Of a DNA stretch of 64,000 nt, positions 52,409 to 64,000 are shown piece by piece. The notes beneath the pieces were generated by a model, which was given only the letters and a program-made list of their open reading frames with translations, made no database searches and had not been told where the DNA came from. A program made the translations under genes and the position numbers. The DNA comes from Utricularia gibba (taxonomy: Eukaryota > Plantae > Magnoliophyta), in the NCBI GenBank assembly GCA_002189035.1, contig CM007989.1, forward strand, positions 496,001-560,000. Direction: 5' to 3'. How positions within the stretch are numbered: position 1 is the stretch's first letter; each line of letters opens with the position of its first letter.

Positions 52409-55400
52409 TCAGGTGTTTGTGGCTATCATTGGCTCTTGGGGCACATCTTTACGCGCATCACTAATAGCAGAGATGTCTTGGTGCCATTTTTTTTGTTCAA
52501 GTCTCCTCCGACGTGATTCTAGGATGATTAGGAGGGCGTTAATATCAGCAGGGCTGACACCACCAACTCTACTGGCTTGCCCTATTGTTTGTGGCCTCAC
52601 CTGAGAGTACAGAATGATATGGATTAGTAAATTCAGGTTACACCCATGGCTGTGTCCTAAACAACACACCTTCGTCAGTTTCTCCCTCGCTTCATTTGAC
52701 AAAGTTGTCATAGAATAGTAGTCAAGGTCGACCGGCAATTGTCTGTGTTGCTGCTGCGCCATCTGATAAGAGAAAAAAGTGTTCTCAGTGAGCTTTTATG
52801 TGAAGGCCATTTTTTTGAAGTACCTATGTTTCAGCAACAAGGTTTAAAAATGTTTGCTTTACCTGCTGGAGTTGAGTCTGCTGGCGTATGATGAAGCCTT
52901 CATACTTGATGTCAATTTCTATACACTCCTTGTCGATCCTGGTTAGTGCATCACTCCCATACCCATGCTTGTCAAGAATTCTATAATGTACATGTGGTTT
53001 CTTCAGTATACTTTCCAAAGTAGATGAATCCTTAACAGGTTGTCCAGAAACTTCTTCTATCTCAGCAACTAAATCTCCCGCTGACCGCAGTACAAGCACA
53101 CACTGTTAGTGTCAAGCTAAGCATCATGGGGTTATTTCAGATGTGAAAACCGACCTGAAATTTTGACAGTCTTGAGTCTTTTCTTCTCTTCTGCAATCCG
53201 GGCTTGCTTGTCTTGGTAAACTTGCCAACGGTTATCGTCTATCAGACCAACTTCTCGTCCAAGAGGTGTAAGGCGACTATCGGCATTGTCAGATCGGAGT
53301 AGAAGCCGGTGCTCAGAACGGCTTAAGATCAAGAAAGCAAACAACGGTTGCTTTGCTGCTGAGTTAATGATGAATGAAGCAATGAGAAAGGTTAAAGTTC
53401 AACCTTGTTAACATGCGGTAAGGTTCTCGAAGGTCCTTGGTAACCAGATCATCGATCAATGTTCCGATGTAGCTGCTTTCCCTCTCAAGAACAATGAGGG
53501 ATTTTCCATCTGCATGTCTAGCAGCATTTATCCCAGAAACAATCCCCTATGAGAAGAGTTCAAAGAGTTTAATCTAGATAAGATGGAATTTATGGCATAA
53601 GAACAAATTAATTACATGGGATTATCACCTGAGCAGCTGCTTCTTCATATCCCGTAGTTCCGTTTATTTGTCCAGAGAAGAAAAGACCCTCGATTTTTTT
53701 GGTCATTAGAGACCTGAAACACTGATACGCAGGTAGGAAATCATACTCCACTGCATAAGCAGGTCTCAGCATGGAGCAATTCTCAAGCCCAGGCAATGTT
53801 CTCAAGAGTTGAAGCTGCAATCTTTCAGGCAAACCTGTAGAAAACCCCTGTAAAATCCATCGGAAGAATATAAGTTTTGACAAGAGTATATTGGATCTGC
53901 GAAAATTTCATGGACCAAAGATCGAAAATGAGCAGCGGAAAAGAAGAATAGATGCGCATGTAAATGAGATTAAGACGCGAAAAAGCTTTATTTTTTCCCA
54001 AGAACCTGCACATAGAGATCAGGAACACTCCGGCCTTCTGGTTCTAGAAATATTTGATGAGACTCTTTATCCTGAAACCTCACAATCTGCATGGGAGTTG
54101 ATACGTATATGTAGCAAAGATTGCAATGTTGGAGATTGGCATATCATTGGTTTTCTGGGAATCTGCATTGCCAAATGAGTCAGCAAGCATTTCCTCACCT
54201 TATCCTCAATGGAAGGGCAATATCGGGGTCCCTTGGCTTCGACCCATCCTCCATAAGTAGGTGTTTCATGCAAATGGTCCTTAATTAACTGGTGTGTTTG
54301 CTTTGTGGTACGTGTAAGGTAGCAGCACATTTGCTCCCTTGTAATGTGGTACTTAGGATCAAAACTGAACCAGGTTACCTGCAAACATCAAATGAATGTA
54401 TGAGAATAGTGATGAACTTTTCCTGTACTAAAAAAATATTTCTGGGAACGTAGGATTCAGAAATTGCTAGCTTGTCTACTAAGTTCTAAGAATGGACGAA
54501 GGTGAAAATTTTGAAATGAATAAAAACTAACTAAATGATGTAAACAAAGGAAAAGGCTTTAAACTATCAGTAAGGATGACAGTACGACCTCTTCATCTCC
54601 ATGTTGAGGCTCCAAACCGGAGAAATCTACTGTACGACTATCTACTCGTGCAGGTGTTCCAGTTTTCAATTGCCCAGCCTCAAACCCAAATCTCTGCAAA
54701 TTTTCTGTAAGTCCATGAGAAGCTGACTCCCCAGCCCGCCCTGCTGGCATGGCAGTCCTACCAACCCAAATTTTCCCACTCATGAAAGTCCCAGTGGTGA
54801 GCACCACCGAAGGGGCATAGAAGTTCATGCCAAAAAACGTATGTACTCCTTCGACATTGTCATTCTTTCCCACCAAAATTTCAGTTACCATGCCTTCCCT
54901 TATTGAAAGGTTTGGCGCACTAACAAAAGAAACAACATAAGTTAAAAGAAAAATAACAAATGAAGGCAAAGCAAGAAATTCAAGGGGCTGTTCGTAAGTG
55001 AAAATAGACACCCGCACCCTATCCGTTTGCCGGGTGTATTGATGGAACTTGCCTTTCCACAACCTTCTTCATTTCTGATGCATATTCCCTTTTATCAGTT
55101 TGAGCACGCAGTGCCCTAACAGCAGGACCCCTTGAGGCATTGAGAACTCTCTTTTGCAGATAGCATCTGAACCACAAGTAGCATACATCACGTACGAAGC
55201 TAAGCTTTCTTTCAACAAGAGAATGCCGTTCATTCAAATGATACACCCAATCCAAACTTAGATCCTTTGTCAAAAAAGATAATAAATACACCAAATCGCT
55301 TGAAACCGGTAACAGATTACAAAGCTATAGTAGCTTACTGGTCAAAGCACAATCAGAAGAAGGGGAGAAACAAAATAATATTTTTGAAACCTGAAGAAAA

Positions 55401-56291
55401 TGTGAAGTAGAAAAGCAAGCCGTTGAACCAATTAAAAATGTAAGAAACTTTGAAGTCGTACTTATCAGCCATCTTTCCAATTTCACCACCAAGGGCATCC
55501 ACTTCATGTACAAGTTGGGACTTTGCAGGGCCACCAACAGCAGGATTACAAGGCTGCATTCAACTCCATTTAGCACCGAAACAGAATGTGAATTTGAGCA
55601 CATCTCTTCAGAAATTGAAAGAATAGGGAAAAGGGTAGCTTTAGAATCCATCGAAGATGGGAGAACTGTATCTAATAAGACCCAAATGTCAAACCTGCCA
55701 AGCAATCCGGTCAATATTCAGAGTGAGTAGAAGAGTTTTTGCTCCTAAACGTGCAGATGCAAGAGCAGCTTCGCAGCCTGCATGCCCACCACCCACAACA
55801 ATCACATCATACCTCTCACCTTCTGCATCACTGCAATTATTCCAATCTGCATTATTAAGAAAGGATTTCTGAGTTCTGGATTACATTTACGAAGAATGGA
55901 TAATAGCGTGGCGACCGCAACACTCAAAGAGGGCAGGCAATTAATCACCCTTCAACTGGGTGAACAGTAACAGCGCAGAACAAAATACTCGATGAGGGAG
56001 GGTAATTCCAAAAACTAAAGAGGCCAACATCTGGAAACTCAACGGAAAGATGTTCCACATAATGTCATCAACAGTATCCATCACACCTTGTGTAGAACAA
56101 ACCAAAACAGGGGACCGAAGACACGGGGAGCGTGAGAGAGGGCGGGATAATCCACAGCACCAGCGACGGGCGCGACGAGCATCAACCACATGGCGGCGCG
56201 TACCATCAAAAAACCAACCAGTTGAACGCCGACGGCAAATAGGAAATTGCGCCGTGAACCTTGTCACATGCAGGCACAACGTGGACGCCAT
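52409..56291 (-). CDS. mnmG: tRNA uridine-34 5-carboxymethylaminomethyl modification enzyme MnmG/GidA (organelle-targeted)
   Basis: Transit-like N-terminus; [26 protein letters not shown]; [24 protein letters not shown]; LTTGTFM; [11 protein letters not shown]; [11 protein letters not shown]; [18 protein letters not shown]; [14 protein letters not shown]; [19 protein letters not shown]. Confidence 0.96.
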
Positions 56292-56914
56292 TCGTTAATC
56301 TGAAAATCTAAAAGCTTGAATCAGAAACCACACACAGTGCCACTGATTGGTCCAGTGCCATGAAAACCTGACACGGAGAAGGAATTCGGGCGTGAAATCA
56401 AAGATTTCCGGTTCACGTCATCCAACGGATACGAATCTTGGACAAGGTAAGGTCTTCTCCGTTCGCAATGGGCCAAATTCAGGTCTCTTTCTCTAGTCTT
56501 CGACGGCCCAACACAGAGACGTTAAAACCACCCACGGCCCAATCCCATAATACATTTTTTGAAATAATCATTATTTTTATGTCAACTTTAATACTGAAAA
56601 CAAAAAATTAATTACTAAAAAAGCAACATGATTTATTTTTTTTAATTATAAATAATTTTAAAATGAAAAATAAATATCGAATTCAAAACCCTATATATAG
56701 ATGAGGCATTTTACGGACGAGAGACACAGACACGCCTTATTTTATTTTTGGTCTCGAATCCGTATTGGACGCGCCTCCGACGCTCCTTTTCTTTTTTCCG
56801 GGCCACGAGGCTGCAGACGTCGCAGACGAAGACAAACAAGAACAACTGTTGTTTCATTGAATGAATGAAACCTGCCGCCATGTTCACTTTCACAAGAGCT
56901 GGAAGCTGGAGTTA

Positions 56915-58836
56915 CTATTGACTGTGTTTGGCCCTGACCAGAGTTTTCACCATTCCCTTGGCAATTTTAGCGAACCAGAAGATGTTCATCGCCGCTATAA
57001 CTGGGGAGCGCACAGCAACGTGTAGAAACATATGGGGAAGACTCGTTTCACCTGGAAAAAACAAAGGCACCACCTTCAACATCAACACATAGGAGCAGCT
57101 TCTGAAATCACTTGCGGTGAGAGTTCACTACACCTGATCAAAATTGGTATAGATGTGCCAAAAGAGGTAGATGAATAGAATGATCCTTGCCGCCTGAAGA
57201 TTGAAAAGTTTGTTGAAGCTCTGAAAGGGCATATGATAGATATTACTGAGGTGGTTCGTGTTTATGATGATCATACCAGCCAGCCAATGAACAAAGCTAC
57301 GCCATTCCAGATATAAATTTTTGAATTCTTGAGGCCAGCAGTATCAAGGTACCTGCGTTAGTTGCAGAAAAGTATAAATGTGCTGCAGATCTAACTACGG
57401 TTGTCTTCCATATGGGGGTCCCAATGGAATGCTGGAAAACCGAAATGGGAGAGGGGGATACCAGTGAAGAGCATACTCACCATCTCAAGTTAACAAATGG
57501 GGTCGTAGCTTCAGTGAAGAGAACCATCATTGTGTAAATGTGCGCTTGACTGAGTACAAGTGCTTGGGTTATTGAGAACAATGCCAGTCCGTGGTGTATG
57601 ATCTATGAAAACACCAAGTACGTAAGTTGGTACCATATATCTGCATGGACAACTAAACTGAGGAACCAAATTGCTATGATGTTGAGTTTTAGATGCATAT
57701 ACTTACATATTCCGAGCCACCTAAAGCAGGATAATAATAGAGAATCATGGCCAAGTCTGATATGAAGTACCCTATGGAAAACTGCGCTAACAGATTAGAT
57801 CAGAATGAGGATACTGCTGTACACTTGCCAAGTCAACTATGCGGGCAATTATATTGACATACCCCAAATATGGTCTCAGACAAGATAGAAGTTTTGAAGA
57901 TTGCAGATTCGTGCTGCGAATCCTTAAAAAGGCCTGAAGCAAGGAGATACAGGCAGCCAGTTGCCACAACAATGGCATGGAATGTGGAGAATCCCCTGCA
58001 TCATATACATGAAAAGGCATAACGAGTTTGTATATAATTACCAGTGGTCAACAATGTGGTTTTCACATAGCGAAAGCAAGAATAAGGAAAGAATACTACC
58101 TGTTATTCCACTCTATTCTCTGTTTAATGGCAAGTTTGCTGTATCCCTTCACAAATGCAGCACTGATTGTACTTGTTAAATCATAGACCTTTGGTTCAGC
58201 AACAAAATAAGGTTTTATGAATACAATTTAAACTGAAGCAGCAATGCTATGACAATACTAATTGCATTCAGATTATATACATGAGAACAATAACTTTGAT
58301 ATGGAACCGTAGGCTCATCGTAACAACAAAAAAATGAGTGCTAAGGAATTATTCCAGAAATATCATGTATTCTGAAGAATGGAGAATGCGAGGTTAAGAA
58401 AATCCTTGTCAACGAAAATCATAGGATGAAACTGCAAGAATAAGGATGAATATGCATTCGCTGAAAAAAAAAAGATGAGCTCGTAGAACATGTAGCCGAT
58501 AAGATGTTTTTGCAAATATCACAAGACTAACATACTCCAAAACGTCGATCAACCAGAGACAGAAAACAAGAGATCTTAATGATGACAATACCGAAGAAAC
58601 AACATATTTACAAATTCAGCTACTCTACAGAAATAAAAAAAATTCCTGAAACGCCTGCATGCGCATCAAAGTATAAGGATCCATTCTGATCATACCAGCA
58701 CGGGGAAAAAAAAGTTAATAAATGGGGGTGGGAGGAGGTGCAGGCTCACAATTTTGCAAGTCAAGATGCCGGCCAAAACCGATGAACCCCAGCGGATTTC
58801 TTTGGCTGGAGAATCAATATTCATACCCAACAGCAT
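56915..58836 (-). CDS. TLC (TRAM/LAG1/CLN8) domain membrane protein, TMEM56/TLCD4-like; one apparent 1-bp frameshift in the last exon
   Basis: IEWNNRGFSTFHA; SIGYFISDLAMIL; IIHHGLALFS; LFTEATTPFVNLRWYLD; NGVALFIGWL; ARIILF; MNIFWFAKIAKGMVK (in frame after adding one C at ~57004). The start ATG (58836 or 58821) is uncertain. Confidence 0.88.
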
Positions 58837-59482
58837 GGCCTCCCGGTGTCCCTGCAAAAGTGCGCCGGTAAGGAAAACCCACAAAACGACAACAAAATCA
58901 TAGGTTTCATAAGGTCATCCAAATTCTCACTCGAAGCATCCGTCACAAACAAACACAGCTAAGGGTACTAAAAAGGCAGTGTAAATTTGACCCCGAAATA
59001 TCATGATTGCGAAAGTCACGATTCTTGGCCCCCACACCCCAGCCAACAAAAAAACAAAAAGGACCCGTTTATAAATAAATATCTGATTTCTTTATCTTCC
59101 TTCTGTTAATTCATGATCGGTTAACAGCTTGCAAAATCATCGATGAAATGTATCACAAATCCCAGGATCATCTGAGGTGGCGAAGTTGATCTAAATCAGC
59201 CACAACACTTGATGACAAAAGAGGAATAATGATCATAGGATTTTAAAAGATTCAATCATTCAAGCAGCGGTGTGCTGTATGGCCCTTGCACACAGGTTCT
59301 CCGACAGCATTCAATATCCAAACAGTCGCCAGACGCTTTCTTTTTTGGAGGGGAAAAAAGATTGAAGGTAGGGTTGACAACACTGAATTAACTTCTAAAC
59401 GGAAATCCAATTTAAATAAATTCCCTACCTGAGAAACCCAATCGCCGGTTCCAACCGCCGGAGACACCGGGAATGATGATGA

Positions 59483-59712
59483 ATCCAACGGTGGAGATGA
59501 AAATGAAAATGCAATGGTCCAAAACCATTGCGCTTCGAAAAATGGGCCTACCATGAGAGCGGGCTTGGTCTTCAATTTAAAAAATAAATAAATCAATCAA
59601 TACCAGAGAAACCCAAATTTTCGGCAACCGTCGGATATAAAAATTGATCCAACGGTGGAGATGAAAGTGAAACTGTATGGGTCCTAGACAGTTGGGCTTC
59701 AAAAATGGGCCT
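59483..59712. repeat. Two ~66-bp degenerate direct repeats carrying an MSA-like AACGG core and a site II motif, in the TLC/oligoribonuclease divergent promoter
   Basis: Copy 1 (59483-59549) and copy 2 (59647-59712) both begin ATCCAACGGTGGAGATGAAA (20 identical nt) and end AAAAATGGGCCT. Confidence 0.75.
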
Positions 59713-60130
59713 TCTGTGCTGTCATGGAGGAAAGAGTGATTGCGAATGTGCTGGAGCAAGTTTGACGAGGGCTTTGGGAATGTGACGGTTGATTCCTGAG
59801 TTCGCTGCTGAAAGCAAGTGATACTAATCGCATACCTTCTTGTCCGCAGTTGCAGTGCGTTTGAGGCGTAGCTGTATGTGTGCTGGATGGGTATGTTTAC
59901 AGAGGGTTCATTTTTTCTGCACTGGACTGCAAATGCTTGTTGATTTGAATCGTTGGTGGGGTCTTGAGTTTCATTTTCAGCATTATTGTTCAATTCCCAA
60001 GAAAAGCGCTTCTTGAAATTGTGGAAGTGGTTCTTTGTTGTTTGCTTCATTTACTTGTTGACGATTCATCTGTTTCTTTTCTGTTCTATGCGTCAGGAAC
60101 TTGGTTGACTTGTTATATTCTGTAGAATCG

Positions 60131-61783
60131 ATGGATAAGCTCTCGAATTCCTTTGCGTTGCTTGAACTCGATGTTGATGAGCAACGCCCCATTGGCGTAT
60201 CTGCGGATGGTTAGAAAGTTTGTGCTCGTTTAAATTTTTTTTTGTATCTTTCAATCTTCTAGCTGTCAAGCATGTAAGCCACTGGACGTGGTTTTTACCT
60301 GTATGACTTTGTAGACTTCCTTCTTATGTCATCTTCCTGAGGTGCGTAATTTATCTATGCTTTTGGTTTGAGTGGAGTTATCGATCATCTTTGGTGCTGT
60401 AGGTGATAAGCGTGCTGGTTTGCAGAATGGAGCATTTTCAGAAAAACAGGGAGAAGAAAAAGCAGTGGAACCATCTTCTGAGTACAAGATGCCCCTCGTG
60501 TGGATCGATCTGGAGATGACTGGTAAGACTCTATGCTCTGTTTACTTTTTCTTTGTTAAAGTATATTACGTATCTAGTAGCCTTGAGGCTCAGTATGAAA
60601 AAAGAGAAGTATGACTCATAATAGTGATTAATAGTGCACCCTCCTCGTTTTCACTGTTAGGCTTGAACGTCGAAGTTGACAGAATTCTAGAAATCGCGTG
60701 TGTGATCACTGATGGAAAACTAACCAAGACAATTGAAGTAAGGTCTTTCTCTTACTCTCATGTGTAGGTGCTATCCTTGGTGTTTGTCATGAGTTTATTG
60801 GAGCCAGTTCATTTCTTATCCTTCAAACAGGGTCCTGATTTAATAATACATCAATCAAGGGAATGCTTGGATCAGATGGGAGAATGGTGCCAAGAACATC
60901 ATGGAAAAAGTGGTGGGTTTCTTCTTTATTGTTTTTCATGGAACCTAAGAACATCTCAGCCAAAAAAATTGTAGTTGTTCAACCTGCTTGCATCAAAAGT
61001 TTTCTACAGATTTTGCTTTATTTGGGCCTAAAGTTGAATGTTTTTAGGCTTGACGGAGAAGGTTCTTTCCAGCACCTTATGTGAACAAGATGCTGAAATA
61101 CAGGTCGATAGACGACATCTGCAGGCTTAAATTATCCAGTTCTATTGTATTTATTGATCTTTTTGATGCAGGTTATTGAATTTGTTAAGGCACACGTTGG
61201 CACATTTACACCACATCTTGCAGGCAACTCCATCTATACGGACCTTCTATTTTTAAAGGTACGGATTTTTCATAATGTGAAAATGGAAATGTTGCCATTC
61301 TACGGAACGAAACAATCAATTCCGCAACGAAAAATGGATGTTGAAGTTCCTGATCTGAGTGTTGTCACTGTTATATGCCTATCCTTATTGTTTGTTTGAC
61401 TTGGATGACTATTTTCGCTCTCTTTTTTCATGCCAAGCCACAACCTACATATTTCCATTTTGCATCTCAGAAGCACATGCCAGATTTGGCTGCCCTTTTC
61501 AGCCACGTTCTTGTTGATGTAAGCAGCATAGGGGCACTGTGTATTCGATGGTTTCCCAAGGGTAACAACACTCTTCACTCTTGTTAGCAACAAGAATCAA
61601 TTCACTGTGCTCGACTTCTTCATCCACACTTTGATGCATCCTTTTTGTCTTTCAGACAAGAAGAAGGCTCCCCAAAAGGGAAACAGGCACCGAGCCATGG
61701 ACGACATCAAGGAAAGCATAGCAGAACTTAAATTCTACAAAGAGAACATCTTTAAGCCTTCCCCCAGGTCAAAGAGAAATTAG
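60131..61783 (+). CDS. ORN: Oligoribonuclease (DEDDh 3'-5' exoribonuclease, Orn/REXO2)
   Basis: 8 exons: 60131-60209, 60403-60522, 60661-60737, 60831-60912, 61048-61103, 61172-61258, 61471-61561, 61656-61783. [29 protein letters not shown]; [13 protein letters not shown]; [17 protein letters not shown]. Confidence 0.96.
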
Positions 61784-62540
61784 CATGGATTCTCCTGAAC
61801 GAAGTCACCAACCATCACCTGCTCCAGCTCCATGCACAAGGTTACTGCACTCAAAGCAGCGATTCCAAGAGCCACAAGTCTTGGCTGGTTTGATCCCGGT
61901 ACATTACTTTTGCTTTCATGAAAAGGCTGGTATGATGAGTACTGATGGTCTTGTTGGCCATTTTGTGGGAGCATCATCAAAGTTTGGTCTCCTTTCACAG
62001 AAGTTCATTTCTCCCAATCCCAAGCCTCTAGGTTTCTTGAACGCCTGATTTCAGATGCAGAGGAGCTCAACACATGGGACATACGACGAAAGCTTGCGTG
62101 ATAAGAATCAATAAGAAAAGGAAATTAATTAAAACTAATTTTCCATAATGATAAATACATGGGTCATGATTTTAAACGGCCAGCCAAAATAGTTACTGGG
62201 CTTAGGCCCAATAAGGTCTAGGCCCATAGAATGGGGTCTTGGACCGATCGCGCTTCTTTTCCATCCTCCATAAAATTACGAAAGCTGGAGAAAGTAATGG
62301 AATTTATCAAAAAAAAAAAAAAAAAGGCTGCTGCTGCGGCCGTCGGAATCGGAAGGGGAGGAGTAGGGATTTTGGGAGACACGTAGGTAATCAGGCTTTT
62401 GTCCTCTTTTTGAACTTTGGGTGAGCTGTTGGCTAGTTTGTTGAGCTGGGAAGCTTGTGGATTTGAATTTTAGGGATACGTTTGTGAGTGTTTTCTCAAT
62501 TTGTAAGCCAATTTTTGGCAGGAGATTGTCTACTTTAGGG

Positions 62541-64000
62541 ATGCTTCAGTTGTTTTTAGACGAGACGACCTGGGATGATGATGAGTTCCTTGTGGATAAA
62601 GCATCCCCTCTTGAGAAGTTAGAATCAGTACTATGGTCTTTGATGACGGCAACCGGATTATCTGAAGCTCGTCTCTGGCTCTGTGATACACTATCCGCCA
62701 TAACCTCGATCAGTCGTCCAGGCCAGCGAGACTTATTCTTGAAGCTATTGAAATCTGAGACAGTGAAGCTGCAGTTAGCACCGCAAGTTCTGCAACTGAT
62801 TTTTGAGAAACGACCACAAAAACTGGGGCCAGTAATAGCGAAGAAAAGTCGCAAGCTTGTGAACTACTTTGAAGGTTAGTCATCATGTTGTTTCATATTC
62901 GTTTTATTGCACCTCCATAGTCTGCTTCTAGTTTGTCTTGAACAGATTTGATTACCTCAGTAGTAGTATCTGTTTCCTTCATCAGGGAATCCAAGGCGTA
63001 TATTGCAATGGTTTTCAAGTTTTTCATCTAGTGGTGATGTGGGGCATGCGAAGGGTGCCAGGGCACTCTCCCAGTTTGCTTTTATAAATCGTGATATATG
63101 CTGGGAGGAACTTGAGTGGAAAGGTAAACATGGACAATCACCAGCCATGGTGGCAACAAAGCCTCACTACTTTCTTGATCTGGATGTTCAACGAACAGTT
63201 GAAAATTTTCTAGAGTATGTGCCTGAGTTTTGGTCATCTGATGAGTTTTCTGAGTCGTTGATGGATGGTGACATTTTTTTGACTGATCCTAGTTACTTCA
63301 TCGATTTCTTCATTGACTGTATGTATGAGGAGAAACTACAAGAGGTTTGGGATGTTATAGAGGAATTTTTAGTGCAGCAACCTTTTGCATTATTGTGTCA
63401 GCACCTTCTGATCGGTCTACAGGAGCAAGGGTTGCGTATTTTCATAGATTCGATTCCAAAATATCTTGAGGCGAAGTCAAAATCATCGAAGTCCAGACCT
63501 GCCACTGAATGGCTAGAGATTATTATATCCAAATTTCGTGATTCATTGAACTTCGATAATCTGCTTCTACTGAATGCATTGACTAATCAAAGCCGACAAC
63601 TTATCAGATTTGTCAAGGAAGAAGGGAGTGATGAAGAAAAGGGAAGGATAAAGGAATTGGCCCATCAACTATCTGAATTGTCTGGCAATGTCAAATCCTC
63701 TTTACCAATACTCAGAGAAGGTCATGTTGTAAAAGCATTAGAGTCAGTAAAGAACTTTGGCTTGCTTTCATGGGCTATACACTTAAGGTTATCAGAAGAA
63801 TTTGTGACCTCAGCATCATGGGAATCCGCTTTTACTGGCAATGGTATCAAATATGTCAGATCTGAGCGATACAGTTTACCTTCAGATGATCCAAATGATG
63901 ACTATGAATCACAAAATGCTGTAGGCTGTTCCATGAGCACCAAGCACAGGAAATTCAAAGGACAAGGAAAGAAAAGAAAACTAAGGTCTAGTCCTGCTGC
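62541..64000 (+). CDS. Conserved uncharacterised plant protein, 5' part (gene continues past the window)
   Basis: Exon 1 62541-62875 (MLQLFLDE...LWSLMTATGLSEARLWLC); exon 2 open from ~62986 to the window end (NPRRILQWFSSFS...GARALSQFAFINRDICWEELEWKGKHGQSPAMVATKPHYFLDLDVQRTVENFLEYVPEFWSSDEF). Site II cluster at ~62197-62227. Confidence 0.8.

Noticed and set aside
59577-60050. 157-aa - strand ORF
   Set aside because: Antisense to the oligoribonuclease leader, low complexity, no recognisable domain.
62955-62975. GTAGTATCTGTT matching the U2 snRNA branch-pairing region
   Set aside because: A 12-nt match inside an intron with no other U2 sequence and no USE promoter.

Overview
Plant nuclear DNA, probably eudicot (inferred; the species cannot be determined). 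The window is very gene-dense: about 21 intron-containing or intronless protein-coding genes in 64 kb, separated by short AT-rich spacers. In order: GDSL lipase, DUF4228/PADRE protein, group I WRKY, listerin E3 ligase (LTN1), NFD4-like MFS protein, CIPK kinase, EPFL6-like peptide, MAT1, VAL/HSI2 B3 repressor, HEIP1-like meiotic protein, DUF6821-type membrane protein, UBC E2, STAR/KH RNA-binding protein, DUF1191 protein, NdhN, ET (GIY-YIG) protein, RPL15, MnmG/GidA, TLC-domain protein, oligoribonuclease, and an uncharacterised conserved gene running off the right edge. I found no rRNA, tRNA, CRISPR array or intact transposon. At least 10 single-base frameshifts in five otherwise intact genes, mostly in short homopolymers, suggest uncorrected long-read errors rather than pseudogenes. 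The best unexplained signals are (1) a promoter-bearing, ORF-less, highly structured transcription unit at 41.2-42.2 kb (candidate snoRNA/structured ncRNA host), (2) a GC-rich, cis-element-dense island with no recognisable gene at 18.4-19.9 kb, and (3) a spliced uORF ending 4 nt before the KH gene start codon. I cannot claim a new biological system from sequence alone. Family names and Arabidopsis locus comparisons come from memory and were not checked by any search.
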